A DNA stretch of 64,000 nt from NCBI GenBank assembly GCA_965207115.1, contig CBDBLR010000003.1, positions 649,379 through 713,378 on the forward strand, read 5' to 3'. The translations under genes and the position numbers were made by a program. The DNA is from Dehalococcoidia bacterium (GTDB taxonomy: Bacteria; Chloroflexota; Dehalococcoidia; UBA6926). Under the pieces are notes generated by a model, which was not told the origin of the DNA, searched no databases, and was given only the letters and a program-made list of their open reading frames with translations. Below, piece by piece: positions 10,991-20,891 of the stretch; within the stretch, counting starts at the first letter, position 1; every line of letters begins with the position of its first letter.

Positions 10991-13237
10991 CTAGCCGGAC
11001 TCAGAGTCTTCTGTAGCGGCAACGGCGGGCTCCGGCTCGTTGATTGTCTGAACGATCATCTCTGAGAGATCAAGAACACGCATGGTCTCGTCCTGGCCGG
11101 TTACGCGCACACCATCCTCAAACATCTGGGCGCAGAATGGGCAGGCGACGGCAATGACATCGGCTCCCGCCTCAATGGCGTGCCGTGTGCGTCGGTGGTT
11201 GATCTTCTCGTGGCCGGGTCCGTCTTCCATCCACATGTGTCCGCCACCAGCGCCGCAGCAGAACGCGCGGTTGCGGTTCATCCCCATCTCCGTGACCTTG
11301 TCGACGCCGGGGATGGCGTCTGCGACTTCACGCGGCGCATCGTAGACGCCGTTGTGCCTGCCGAGGTAGCAAGGATCGTGGTAGGTGACGGTGCCGAACG
11401 TCGGCCCCTGTCTGGTCTGATCAAGCGTCAGCCTGCCATCCGCGACGAGACTCTGGAGATACTGCGTGTGGTGCATGACCTGGTAATTGCCGCCGAACTC
11501 CGGGTATTCGTTCGAGATGGTGTTGAAGCAGTGAGGGCAGGTTGTGACTATTGTCTTGACGCCGTAACGGTCCAGCGTCTCCACGTTCTGCATCGCCTGC
11601 AGCTGGAAGAGGTACTCCATGCCGATGCGGCGAGCGGGGTCGCCGGTGCAGGACTCTTCATCTCCGAGGATGGCGAACTTGATTCCGGCGTTGATGAGGA
11701 TGCGACCGGTTGCGCGTGCGATGCGCATGGAGCGGTCTTCCATTGAAGCGGCGCAGCCGACCCAATACAGGACTTCCAACTCCTCCGGTTTTTCAACCTC
11801 GGATATGAGCGGGACATCGAGCCCCTCAGCCCATTCCGTTCGGGTGCGGCTCATGCCGCTCCACGGGTGCCCGCGCGTTTCGAGGCTGCGCAGCGCCGCC
11901 TCTGCCGTTTCCGGCAAGCGTCCTTCGTTCATAACCAGGGCGCGGCGCATTTCAACGATTGTCGGGACGTGTTCGATAAAGACAGGGCAGGCCTCCATGC
12001 ACGCGCCGCACGTGACGCATGACCAGAGGTCTTCCTCATCAACGACCTCACCGGCCGGAGCCATGATGAGCTCCTGATCCACTTTGGACTCGTCGCCGCC
12101 CGCCTTGTACAGGGCATTGCCGTAGGAGCCGACGTATCCCTTAAGGTTCTGGATGACCATCATCGGCGAAAGGGTCTTACCGGTGATGTTGGCAGGGCAG
12201 TTGTCCGTGCAGCGGCTGCATCGCGTGCAGGCGTCGCCGTCCATGAGCTGCTTCCATGTGAAATCGGTCAGCGTTGCCGCGCCGAATGTCTCCCGCGTTT
12301 CAAGGTTGGGGATGGCCTGCAGCTTGCCGCGTGGCTCAAGGTTGCGGAAGAACCAGTTGGCGGGAGAAATCCACGTGTGGCTGAACTTGGACAGCGTGAA
12401 TGCGGCGTACAGCAGGGAACCCAGGACGGTGGCCGAGTGCGCCCACCAGATGCCCCGATAAAGCGTTTCCGCCGTGTCTGCACGGATGCCGACGAATTCG
12501 TAGAAGAATGCGGCGAATGCAAAGCCGCCGGGCGACCAGATAGCCCAGTCCGGATGGTCAAGATACTCGATGCCGAATGAGGTCTCGCCCAGCTGCCTGA
12601 GCCCCTCAAGTCCGAAACCCTGGAAGATAAGGATGATGGCGAGTGTCAGGATGATCTTGTCATCAAGGAGTCCGGGTGAGTGTGGTTTTCCGATAGCTGA
12701 GCGGCGGAAGATTGCCATTGTGAGTCCGGCAAGGGCCATAAGTCCGCCGATGTCCCACGCAAGGGAGGAGTAGAGGTACCAATTGCCGATGGGCCACTCC
12801 AACACTCCCTGGTGTTCGAGCGGGTAGAGGAACTCTTCTTCGATGGTGCCGACAGCGGTTCCAAGGAAGAGCATGGACGCGCCCCAGAAGATGAGTAGGT
12901 GCATGAAGCCGCCGTAGCGGTCTCGCAGGAATTTCTCATGGCCGTACCCCTGAGTAACGAGGAGACGGGCGAACGCGAAGCCGCGCGTGATGGGGTTGCC
13001 AAGCCGGTCTGCCGGCTGGCCTAACTTCCAGAGCTGAGCACGCTCATAGAGCTTGTAGAAGATGTAGGCGACCGTGAGACCGGCAAGCGCGAAGAGGATC
13101 CACTTGAGGTCGCCGATTGTCCAGAGAAATTCCTTTTCAGGAGTCACTGTGCCACCCCTCCTGCCCAGTTTCGGCTGTTCCAGTCGCCGCTCGGGGAAGT
13201 ATAGCACGAGGTAGGGGAATTCCGGGTTGGAAACCAC
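10991..13237 (-). CDS. membrane-bound (Fe-S)-binding oxidoreductase: NarI-like multi-TM N-domain fused to 2x[4Fe-4S] ferredoxin and CCG (HdrD/GlpC-like) domains
   Basis: N-terminal ~330 aa with several hydrophobic helices; CTRCSRCTDNCP and CVTCGACMEACP ferredoxin motifs; cysteine-rich CCG-type motifs (CPHCFNT, CCGAGGG). Divergently arranged from etfBA. Confidence 0.65.
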   Translation of the reverse strand: MVSNPEFPYLVLYFPERRLEQPKLGRRGGTVTPEKEFLWTIGDLKWILFALAGLTVAYIFYKLYERAQLWKLGQPADRLGNPITRGFAFARLLVTQGYGHEKFLRDRYGGFMHLLIFWGASMLFLGTAVGTIEEEFLYPLEHQGVLEWPIGNWYLYSSLAWDIGGLMALAGLTMAIFRRSAIGKPHSPGLLDDKIILTLAIILIFQGFGLEGLRQLGETSFGIEYLDHPDWAIWSPGGFAFAAFFYEFVGIRADTAETLYRGIWWAHSATVLGSLLYAAFTLSKFSHTWISPANWFFRNLEPRGKLQAIPNLETRETFGAATLTDFTWKQLMDGDACTRCSRCTDNCPANITGKTLSPMMVIQNLKGYVGSYGNALYKAGGDESKVDQELIMAPAGEVVDEEDLWSCVTCGACMEACPVFIEHVPTIVEMRRALVMNEGRLPETAEAALRSLETRGHPWSGMSRTRTEWAEGLDVPLISEVEKPEELEVLYWVGCAASMEDRSMRIARATGRILINAGIKFAILGDEESCTGDPARRIGMEYLFQLQAMQNVETLDRYGVKTIVTTCPHCFNTISNEYPEFGGNYQVMHHTQYLQSLVADGRLTLDQTRQGPTFGTVTYHDPCYLGRHNGVYDAPREVADAIPGVDKVTEMGMNRNRAFCCGAGGGHMWMEDGPGHEKINHRRTRHAIEAGADVIAVACPFCAQMFEDGVRVTGQDETMRVLDLSEMIVQTINEPEPAVAATEDSESG

Positions 13238-13357
13238 TGTTCACGTGGCACCCGCCCCGTTTGTGCAATTTGACACTATTCAACGCAGAATGCTATACAT
13301 TTATTGCCTCCAGATGCTGGGGGCGTTCCCATGTAAGAAGGGTTTTTGGGGGTATGA

Positions 13358-14149
13358 ATGCGCATCATCGTTACCGTTAAACAGGTGCCTGATCCGGAGG
13401 CGCCGCAAAGCTCATTCACGGCAGATCGGGCGGCCAAGAGAGTGGCCGTTGCGTCAAGCGTGCCGGCGGCCGTGAGCGACTATGACAACTATGCGACGGA
13501 GGCGGCGCTTCGTATCAAGGACGCCGATACCGATTCAACAGTCAGCGTCGTCAGCCTTGGAGAGAGTCACGTGCTGGACGTGATCAAGCGACCGCTTGCT
13601 ATGGGCGCTGATGATCTCTTCCTGGTGCAGGACCCTGATCTGCCGAACGGCGATCCGGTAACTGTTGCTGCGGCGCTTGCGGCGGCAATTCGCAAGATTG
13701 GTGATTTCGATCTGATTCTCTCCGGTAGGCAGTCATCCGACCTTGACCAGGGAATTGTGGCGACGGCGCTGGCTGCGATCCTCGATATTCCTGTTCTCAC
13801 AAACGCGATTGCGATTGAGGCCAGCGGAGACGAGGTGCAGATTGCCCGCATCGTTGATGACGGCATCGACACGGTGGCGGCGCGACTGCCCGCACTGGTA
13901 ACGGTGTCCAACGAGCTCGGTCAGCCCCGATACGCGACGATGCGCGGCATCATGGCGGCCCGTCGCGTGGATCCGACGGTGTGGGGCAAGGGAGACCTTG
14001 AGGCGATGGACGCGGCCGATCCGTTCACGCAGGTCGTTGACCTGTTCGCGCCTGAGAAGTCATCCAACGTCGAGATGATTGAGGGCGAGACACCGGCTGA
14101 GGCGGCCAAGGCGTTGGCGCTGAGACTGCGCGAAGAGCGCCTGATTTAG
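13358..14149 (+). CDS. etfB: electron transfer flavoprotein beta subunit
   Basis: MRIIVTVKQVPDPE N-terminus and overall EtfB/FixA architecture. Confidence 0.85.
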   Translation: MRIIVTVKQVPDPEAPQSSFTADRAAKRVAVASSVPAAVSDYDNYATEAALRIKDADTDSTVSVVSLGESHVLDVIKRPLAMGADDLFLVQDPDLPNGDPVTVAAALAAAIRKIGDFDLILSGRQSSDLDQGIVATALAAILDIPVLTNAIAIEASGDEVQIARIVDDGIDTVAARLPALVTVSNELGQPRYATMRGIMAARRVDPTVWGKGDLEAMDAADPFTQVVDLFAPEKSSNVEMIEGETPAEAAKALALRLREERLI

Positions 14150-14203
14150 ACCGGCCCAACACAGAGACAATTCCGAATCACGGAACGAGAAGGAGAATAA
14201 CAA

Positions 14204-15202
14204 ATGGCCGGTGAGAACGGCATTCTGATAGTTGCGGAGACGGGCGCGGACGGCTCACTGAGTTCAATCACAAACGAGTTGATGTCGGCGGCGCAAGGTC
14301 TGGCGGCTGACCTGGGCGAGCCGATTTCGGCTGCGCTCATCGGGAACGGCGTGGGAGACCGCGCGCAGGACATCATCAATCTGGGCGCGGACACCGTTTA
14401 CCAGGTGGACGGCGACCAATTCGCCAGCTACCTGAACGAGACATACACCCCGGCAGTCATTGCCATCGCGCAGCAGGCAAACCCGCGCATCATCCTGATT
14501 GGCCACACGCCGAACGGGCGCGACCTCGGGCCATACCTTGCGGTACGCCTGCAGACAGGCATTGCGTCCGACACGTCCGGGCTGAGCATCGCGGACGGTC
14601 AGCTGCAAGCAGCGCGATCCGTAGCGGGCGGCCTGTTCCGGCAGGTTGTTTCATTCCCGAAGATGCCGGCCATTGCGACGGTTCACATGAAGGCGTATGA
14701 CGGCGCGGAGCCGCAGAGTGGCCGATCCGGCAACGTAGTCAACGTTGACGTTGGCCTGGACGCCTCATCCGTGCGCTCCCGTTTCGTCAAGCATGAGGAC
14801 GCGCAGGTTGAGGGCATCCGTCTTGAGGACGCGACGATCGTTGTGACCGGCGGGCGTGGCATGGGTGATGAGGCCGGTTTCAACGAGCTCTATAAGCTCC
14901 AGGCGTTGCTGCCGCAGGCCGCGGTTGGCGCGACACGCGCGGCGACGGACTCCGGTTTCTGTGAGCAAGATCTGATGATTGGCATCACGGGGCGCGTTGT
15001 CTCCCCGGATGTCTACATTGCGATTGCATTGTCCGGCGCGAGCCAGCACATGGCGGGCTGCTCCGGCTCCAAGAACATCGTGGCAATCAACCGCGATCCT
15101 GAGGCGAATATCTTCAGTGAGTCGCGCTTCGGCGTCGTTGGGGACTACAAGCAGGTGCTGCCGGCGCTCATTGAAGAAGTTCAGAAGCTGATGCAGGGCT
15201 AA
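14204..15202 (+). CDS. etfA: electron transfer flavoprotein alpha subunit
   Basis: C-terminal FAD-binding signature ([13 protein letters not shown]...[14 protein letters not shown]) of EtfA/FixB. Confidence 0.85.
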   Translation: MAGENGILIVAETGADGSLSSITNELMSAAQGLAADLGEPISAALIGNGVGDRAQDIINLGADTVYQVDGDQFASYLNETYTPAVIAIAQQANPRIILIGHTPNGRDLGPYLAVRLQTGIASDTSGLSIADGQLQAARSVAGGLFRQVVSFPKMPAIATVHMKAYDGAEPQSGRSGNVVNVDVGLDASSVRSRFVKHEDAQVEGIRLEDATIVVTGGRGMGDEAGFNELYKLQALLPQAAVGATRAATDSGFCEQDLMIGITGRVVSPDVYIAIALSGASQHMAGCSGSKNIVAINRDPEANIFSESRFGVVGDYKQVLPALIEEVQKLMQG

Positions 15203-15234
15203 ACGGCCCATCGTTTCGTTACGACGAAAAACGT

Positions 15235-15269
15235 CGGGGCGGCTGAAGAGCCGCCCCGATTTTCGTTTT
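15235..15269. terminator. GC-rich hairpin plus T-tract between convergent etfA and PIN-domain genes
   Basis: cggggcggctgaagagccgccccg stem-loop followed by attttcgtttt. Confidence 0.5.
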
Positions 15270-15282
15270 GCCGGCAGGTGAT

Positions 15283-15717
15283 TTACCTGGTCGAATAGCC
15301 GTCCTGGGCGTCTGCTCTTTCAAGTTCCTCAAGGAACTCGGCGGCGTTGACAATGCGAGCGTTGGCGTAGGTGCGTAAGGGGAGGAGATGTTGCCTGTCG
15401 CCAGTAACGAGGAAATCCGCGTTGGCAGCGGCGACGCAATCTAGGATTAGATCGTCAGGCACGTGGCCGGTGACGCCGGTGGCGACTGGGGGTGGGTTAA
15501 TCAGCGTGGCGACGGACAGCAGTTTTGAGATTGAGCCAGAGATTTGGTCCAGAGTCCAGTGGAATCGACGAGCCATAGCCCTCGAATACTCATCAAGGAT
15601 TGTCGGACAAACGTATAGTTCGAAACGACTATCTCCCACGTAATCTACGACGCGAGATTCGTTTCCAACGTAGGTAGCTCCGGACACCAAGATATTTGTG
15701 TCAAGAACCGTGATCAC
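15283..15717 (-). CDS. PIN-domain ribonuclease, type II toxin (VapC-like)
   Basis: VLDTNILV N-terminal PIN acidic motif; 144 aa; 4-nt overlap with the upstream RHH gene. Confidence 0.65.
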   Translation of the reverse strand: MITVLDTNILVSGATYVGNESRVVDYVGDSRFELYVCPTILDEYSRAMARRFHWTLDQISGSISKLLSVATLINPPPVATGVTGHVPDDLILDCVAAANADFLVTGDRQHLLPLRTYANARIVNAAEFLEELERADAQDGYSTR

Positions 15718-15971
15718 GAGTCTTGTTGGTCGTATTCGTCACGGACTTCACGGACGATATCCATCACATCTTCAGGCTTGATGCCGAACTTCTCGGCCTG
15801 CTGTTGGCCGTAGCGGCGAATCTCTTCCCAGTCACGACGCCACAAGTGTTTGTCAACGGCCTTGCGGAGGAATTCGCTGCGGGAGCAGCTTTCTGATTTG
15901 GCAGCCTCGTTGATACGGTCGGCGAGTTCCTTTGGGACTGTAAATGTGATTCTCTCTGTTGCCTGTGCCAT
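15714..15971 (-). CDS. ribbon-helix-helix (CopG-like) antitoxin
   Basis: ITFTVPKELADRINEAAKSESCSRSEFLRKAV RHH fold signature; 85 aa; translationally coupled to the PIN gene. Confidence 0.65.
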   Translation of the reverse strand: MAQATERITFTVPKELADRINEAAKSESCSRSEFLRKAVDKHLWRRDWEEIRRYGQQQAEKFGIKPEDVMDIVREVRDEYDQQDS

Positions 15972-16082
15972 GTCTCAGCGCCTTCCAGTCGGGTCTCGTG
16001 TTTTCTGGTAACAGTATGGCCAAAACGTCAACGGGGCGCTCCGGCCGGAGCGCCCCGTTCTATTGCCGGTCTTGTAAGAGTG

Positions 16083-18137
16083 CTAGCTCTCTGCGCTGCC
16101 GTCGATGATCTTTTGGGCGAGGTGCTGCGGCACTTCTTCGTAGTGAGAGAAGCGCATGGTATATGAGGCGCGGCCCTGCGTCATGGAGCGGAGCTCGGTT
16201 GAGTAGCGGAGCACTTCCGACATCGGGGCCTCAGCCTGCACCGTGGTGACCTCATTCTCTGTCGTCATGCCCTGTACGTGGGCACGCTTGGAGTTGAGGT
16301 TACCGATCACGTCGCCGGTGAAGTCGTCCGGAGTGATGACTTCGAGCGTCATAACCGGCTCGAGGAGAACAGGCTGCGCCTGCTGGATGCCCTGTTTTAG
16401 GGCAGTGGACGCGGCGATCTTGAACGCCATTTCCGATGAATCGACAGCATGGAAGCTGCCGTCCACGAGCACGGCGCGCACATCGACGATCGGGAAATGA
16501 GCCACTGCTCCCTCCGGCAGCGTCTCACGGATGCCCTTTTCGACGGCGGGGATGAAGTTCTTGGGTACAGAGCCGCCAACGACCTTCTCGCCGAACTCAA
16601 AGCCGTCGCCGCGACTAAGCGGTTCCAGCTGAAGGACGACGTGGCCGTACTGACCATGGCCACCGGTCTGCTTCTTATGCTTGTATTCGGCGCGTGTTGA
16701 GACGCGGATCGTCTCGCGGTAGGGCACCTTGGGAGTGCCGGTCTCCACTTCCACGCCGAACTTTCGGGCCAACTTCTGAACGGCAACGTCGATGTGGGAA
16801 TCGCCAAGGCCGGAAACGATGATCTCATGTGTGTCGCTCTCACGGGTCATCGTGAGGCTTGGGTCCTCCTCGAGTAGCCGCGCGAGGGCCGGGCCCATCT
16901 TGTCCTGGTCTGCCTTGGTCTTGGCCTCAACAGCCACGCTGAAGATTGGCTCCGGGAACTGAATGGCGGGGAGAGCTATGCCTGCTTCACGCGTTGACAG
17001 TGTGTCGCCGGTGCGTGTTACGCCGAGCTTGGCGACCGCGCCGATGTCTCCGGGGGCGAGGCTGTCCGCGTTGGCGTGTTCCTTGCCGATAGGAATGATG
17101 ATCTGCGCGATGCGCTCCTGCTCATTGTGGGCGGTGTTCCAGGCGTGGCTGTTGGTTTGCATAGCGCCGGATTGCACGCGGAAGTAGGACAGCTTACCAA
17201 CGAACGGGTCCGCCGTCGTCTTAAAGATGAGGGCCGCGAGCGCGCCGTCCGAGTCCGGGGTGATGGTCGCCTCTTCGCCGGAAGCGGTCTGAGCGGACGG
17301 GGCGACCACATCCGCAGGGCTCGGCGCAAGGTTTGCCAGGACATTCAGCAGGGCATCCGTGCCCGCGCCTGCCTGGCCGGACGCGGCGAGCACCGGAAAG
17401 ACATCGCCCGACGTGACGCCTGTCCGAAGCGCGGCAAGCAATTCCTCGTCCGTGATGTCCTCACCCTCAAGGTACTTGGTGGCGAGGTCATCATCCGCTT
17501 CTGCCGCGGCCTCGATGACCTGCTCTCGGTAGGAGTCGATGTCCACGCCCAGGTCGGCGGTAACGTCCGATTCCGTGCCGTCCTCCAGATACGCCTTCCT
17601 GTTCATCACATCGACCACGCCGCGGAACGAATCACCCGCGCCGATGGAGACGATGACTGGAGCGCAGCCGTTTCCATAACGATTGCGAAGCATCGAGAAC
17701 ATGGCGTCATAGTCTGCGTTCTCGCGGTCCATCTTGCCGAGGACGATCAGGCGGGCGAGGCCGCGCTCCGATGCTCTCCTCCACGCGGCGTCCGTGCCGA
17801 CCTGAGGGCCGGTGGAGGCATCGATCGCGATGAGGGCTGAATCGGCGACGAGCAGGCCGCTGAGCATCTCGCCAAGGAAGTCCATGTAACCCGGCGTGTC
17901 GAGGATGTTGAGCTTCTTGCCGGCCCACTCAACGGGCAGGACGGAGAGGTTGACGGATCCGCCGCGGCGCTCCTCTTCGGGTTCGAAGTCGGAGGCCGTG
18001 GTGCCGTCCTCGATCTTCCCCATTCGACTCAGCGCGCCAGACCGAAACAGCAGGCGCTCTGCGAGCGTTGTCTTGCCGTCCCCGTTGTGTCCCAAGAGCA
18101 CGATATTGCGAATGTCGGATGTCGAGTAGTTCTGCAT
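16083..18137 (-). CDS. fusA: elongation factor G family GTPase (EF-G paralogue)
   Basis: GHNGDGKTTL G1 motif, DTPGYMDF G3 motif, 684 aa with EF-G domains II-V. Not adjacent to rpsL/rpsG/tuf, so probably a second EF-G copy. Confidence 0.8.
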   Translation of the reverse strand: MQNYSTSDIRNIVLLGHNGDGKTTLAERLLFRSGALSRMGKIEDGTTASDFEPEEERRGGSVNLSVLPVEWAGKKLNILDTPGYMDFLGEMLSGLLVADSALIAIDASTGPQVGTDAAWRRASERGLARLIVLGKMDRENADYDAMFSMLRNRYGNGCAPVIVSIGAGDSFRGVVDVMNRKAYLEDGTESDVTADLGVDIDSYREQVIEAAAEADDDLATKYLEGEDITDEELLAALRTGVTSGDVFPVLAASGQAGAGTDALLNVLANLAPSPADVVAPSAQTASGEEATITPDSDGALAALIFKTTADPFVGKLSYFRVQSGAMQTNSHAWNTAHNEQERIAQIIIPIGKEHANADSLAPGDIGAVAKLGVTRTGDTLSTREAGIALPAIQFPEPIFSVAVEAKTKADQDKMGPALARLLEEDPSLTMTRESDTHEIIVSGLGDSHIDVAVQKLARKFGVEVETGTPKVPYRETIRVSTRAEYKHKKQTGGHGQYGHVVLQLEPLSRGDGFEFGEKVVGGSVPKNFIPAVEKGIRETLPEGAVAHFPIVDVRAVLVDGSFHAVDSSEMAFKIAASTALKQGIQQAQPVLLEPVMTLEVITPDDFTGDVIGNLNSKRAHVQGMTTENEVTTVQAEAPMSEVLRYSTELRSMTQGRASYTMRFSHYEEVPQHLAQKIIDGSAES

Positions 18138-18220
18138 TCTCCTCCCCCCAACTGCCGGTCTGCCTGGCGGCGACCGGGTGATTTATCGAACCATTCTACG
18201 GCAGGGCGCGCAGTGTCTCA

Positions 18221-19474
18221 ATGCGCCGCGCCTATACTGGCCACATGGGTCCCGTTCTGCCCCTCCGAATAGCAATTCTCGCTGCGGCGGTTCTTGGGGC
18301 GTTGATGGCGCTGCCAGGGTGCGTCGCGCCCGCGGGGGACATCATTGCCGGAGTCCGGGCGTCCGCGGCGCATGACAGCTTCAACATCGCGGTGTGGGAG
18401 CTGCGTCATGCCTCAGACATCGTTGCGGCGCTCAACACACCTCCCGAGAATCCCGACGCCATCGACGAGTATTTCGAGACGACTGCACGACTCCGTGAGG
18501 CGACGGGCAGGGCAGAGTGGCTGTTGGCAAACCGGCCTGCCGATGATCCCGAATTGCTTGAGGCGTTGGAACGAGAGGAAGCTATCGAACGCGACCTTGA
18601 GGATATTCGGGCGCGGGCGACGCTGGCGCTGCGTGGACTGACGATGAACACGATGCGCGAGGCAGGTCTGGTTTCGGATCCGCCGGTGCTGGGCGACATT
18701 GTCTTTCCTCCGGTTTCGTTCGTGATGGAAAATTTGCCGCGGGTGGTGATTGTTTCGCCGCGCGACCGAATCACATTGATGGAGTCGGTGCCGTTACGGC
18801 CGGACATCTCGACGGAAGAGATTCGGCGACTGGAACAAGCGCTGTCAGATAGGGGGCTCTCGGCGCTTGTGGTGAACATCGGTGGGATGGGAACGTATCC
18901 GGCGCTGGTCAAGGCAACATCCACGCGTGAATTCACCGTTCGGACGATTCTGCATGAATGGGTCCATCACTACCTGTTCTTCCATCCGCTGGGGCAACGG
19001 TATGGAGCGGGCGGCGATATGACAACAATCAATGAGACGGTGGCGAACATGGTGGCGGCGGAGACGGGGGCGTTGGCCCTGGATCAACCGCCGCCGGTGT
19101 TCCGTGTGCCAGAGCCGCCCACGGAGACGCATCGCGATCCGGGTGTGTTTGAGTTCGGGGCGTACATGAGGGAGACACGTGTGGAGGCTGAGCGACTGCT
19201 TGCGAACGGTTTAGTCGATGAGGCGGAGACCTACATGGAGGAGCGGCGCGTCCACCTGAACGAAACGCATGGCTATGCGATTCGGAAGATTAACCAGGCG
19301 TATTTCGCGTTTCATGGGAGCTACGCAGACTCGCCGGCGGGAGGGACAGTCAGCCCGATCTATGGGCAGCTGATCGAGGTACGGAAACAGGCGGGGTCCG
19401 TGGCCGAATTTCTGAGGACAGTCCGGGAAATCAAGAGTCCTGCGGATCTGGAGCAGTTAGCGGAGGCGGAGTAG
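18221..19474 (+). CDS. lipoprotein with HExxH zinc-peptidase-like motif (hypothetical)
   Basis: Signal peptide ending in lipobox LPGC; HEWVHHYLFFHP contains an HExxH motif; no other family recognised. Confidence 0.45.
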   Translation: MRRAYTGHMGPVLPLRIAILAAAVLGALMALPGCVAPAGDIIAGVRASAAHDSFNIAVWELRHASDIVAALNTPPENPDAIDEYFETTARLREATGRAEWLLANRPADDPELLEALEREEAIERDLEDIRARATLALRGLTMNTMREAGLVSDPPVLGDIVFPPVSFVMENLPRVVIVSPRDRITLMESVPLRPDISTEEIRRLEQALSDRGLSALVVNIGGMGTYPALVKATSTREFTVRTILHEWVHHYLFFHPLGQRYGAGGDMTTINETVANMVAAETGALALDQPPPVFRVPEPPTETHRDPGVFEFGAYMRETRVEAERLLANGLVDEAETYMEERRVHLNETHGYAIRKINQAYFAFHGSYADSPAGGTVSPIYGQLIEVRKQAGSVAEFLRTVREIKSPADLEQLAEAE

Positions 19475-19494
19475 GGGAAAACTCATGCCCCTTG

Positions 19495-19770
19495 CTAATT
19501 CTTTTCGACGAGGCGACCGGTAAGGTACTTGTGGATAACGCTGGAGAGCAGAGTTTGGTAGGGGATGCCTTCCTCACTGGCCCGCAAATGGGCAAGTTTG
19601 TAATCCCGTTCCGTGAAACGGAGATTCACCCGCTTGGTCTTGTTGAAGGTATTCCGGGCGGCCTGAGTAGCAGCCTCAATTTCCCCCTCAACGTTGTCTA
19701 CGGAGCGAAGCTCATCGCGTTCGAACCGCTCGAGAATGTCCCGCTCTTCCTGATCCATCCTGGAGATCAT
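19495..19770 (-). CDS. brnA: BrnA-family antitoxin (COG3514-like)
   Basis: RVNLRFTERDYKLAHLRASEEGIPYQTLLSSVIHKYL matches the BrnA RHH-type C-terminal region; located 4 nt downstream of the BrnT-like gene. Confidence 0.6.
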   Translation of the reverse strand: MISRMDQEERDILERFERDELRSVDNVEGEIEAATQAARNTFNKTKRVNLRFTERDYKLAHLRASEEGIPYQTLLSSVIHKYLTGRLVEKN

Positions 19771-19774
19771 GGTG

Positions 19775-20071
19775 TTACCTCCTGCCGTAGTCTCGCATTG
19801 CTTTCTGGCTGGGGATTATTGTCTTGAGGAATCTGCTGCCGTCCTCTTGAAGTACAAACGGCACCAAGTGCAGATAGTCGTCAATGTCTACGACGTAGAT
19901 CATCTGATGTGGATACCGTTCCTGATTCGGATGCTCCACGACGTCTACCAAGCCTCCCTGTTCGATAGCGGATATCGCATTCTCGAAAGATACTCCTCGT
20001 TGTTCAATCAATTCTCTATTCTTCTCCGTGTTCCACTCAAACTCGTTGGCCATGCGCCCAATGTAGCACAA
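19775..20071 (-). CDS. brnT: BrnT-family toxin (DUF497 ribonuclease)
   Basis: FEWNTEKNRELIEQRGVSFENA matches the conserved BrnT N-terminus (FEWDxxKNxxNxxKHGVSFEEA). Confidence 0.65.
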   Translation of the reverse strand: MCYIGRMANEFEWNTEKNRELIEQRGVSFENAISAIEQGGLVDVVEHPNQERYPHQMIYVVDIDDYLHLVPFVLQEDGSRFLKTIIPSQKAMRDYGRR

Positions 20072-20180
20072 TGTGTGCGCTTCGTGTGCTTATTGTGTGC
20101 ATTATAGCACGCATTATGCAGTTGTTCACACTGTGGCTCAGCCCCTCGTCGTTGTTGTGCGGTGACGATGCCGGCGATTG

Positions 20181-20230
20181 GAAAGAAGAAGCCCCGGGAG
20201 AGCATTGCTCTCCCGGGGCTTCTGTGTTGC
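20181..20230. terminator. bidirectional hairpin downstream of the cupredoxin-like gene
   Basis: gccccgggagagcattgctctcccggggc stem-loop flanked by A-rich (plus strand) and T-rich (minus strand) runs. Confidence 0.4.
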
Positions 20231-20250
20231 CGAACTTAGTGCGGGATTGG

Positions 20251-20751
20251 CTACGTGACGGTGAACTCGCTCCACATACCGAGCTGGTAGTGGGTGGCCA
20301 CGTTGCAAAGGAGCATGTACTCACCTGCGTCGAGGCTCAAGGTAAGCTCGTCCGAGCCGTCTGCGGGCAGGTCAGCCTCAAGCAGGCTGCCAAGAACAGT
20401 GCCGACTCCGTCGACCATGTTGCCGCTCTCAGAGATTAGACCGGCCTCCGTGGGCAGGTCAGTGAGGTCTGCGGCCATGCCGGCTTCATTGAGCTTGACG
20501 ACCTTGAACTCATGCGCGATCAGGCCCACGTTCGAGATGTCGAACGTCACCGAGCCCACGGCGATCGAACCTGGGGAGGCAACCATGGTGTATGTGCCGC
20601 CCTGGTCATCCATTGAAATTGCGACCGTATTGCTGCTGCCGCTTGATCCGCCCCCGTCATCGCCATTGCCGCCGTTGCCTCCACAGGCAATCACTCCTAG
20701 TGAGCCAACGATAAACAGAAGACCAACAAGATAAACAAGAGACCTGCGCAT
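20251..20751 (-). CDS. cupredoxin-like / copper-binding lipoprotein (putative)
   Basis: Lipobox IACGG, Gly/Ser-rich linker, beta-rich domain with AHEF...M and C-terminal CNVATHYQLGM (Cys, His, Met in type-1-copper-like spacing). Confidence 0.4.
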   Translation of the reverse strand: MRRSLVYLVGLLFIVGSLGVIACGGNGGNGDDGGGSSGSSNTVAISMDDQGGTYTMVASPGSIAVGSVTFDISNVGLIAHEFKVVKLNEAGMAADLTDLPTEAGLISESGNMVDGVGTVLGSLLEADLPADGSDELTLSLDAGEYMLLCNVATHYQLGMWSEFTVT

Positions 20752-20891
20752 GTCTTTAGGAATCCCCCTTTTGATACGTGCTTTAGTGCGTATTGTCAGC
20801 TTGTTAAATGTATCACATTTGAATACGGACAGGGCGTGTGAGGAACGCGTTCAGGCTGCTTTATCGAGGGACGAGCATAGCGTAGGATGAG

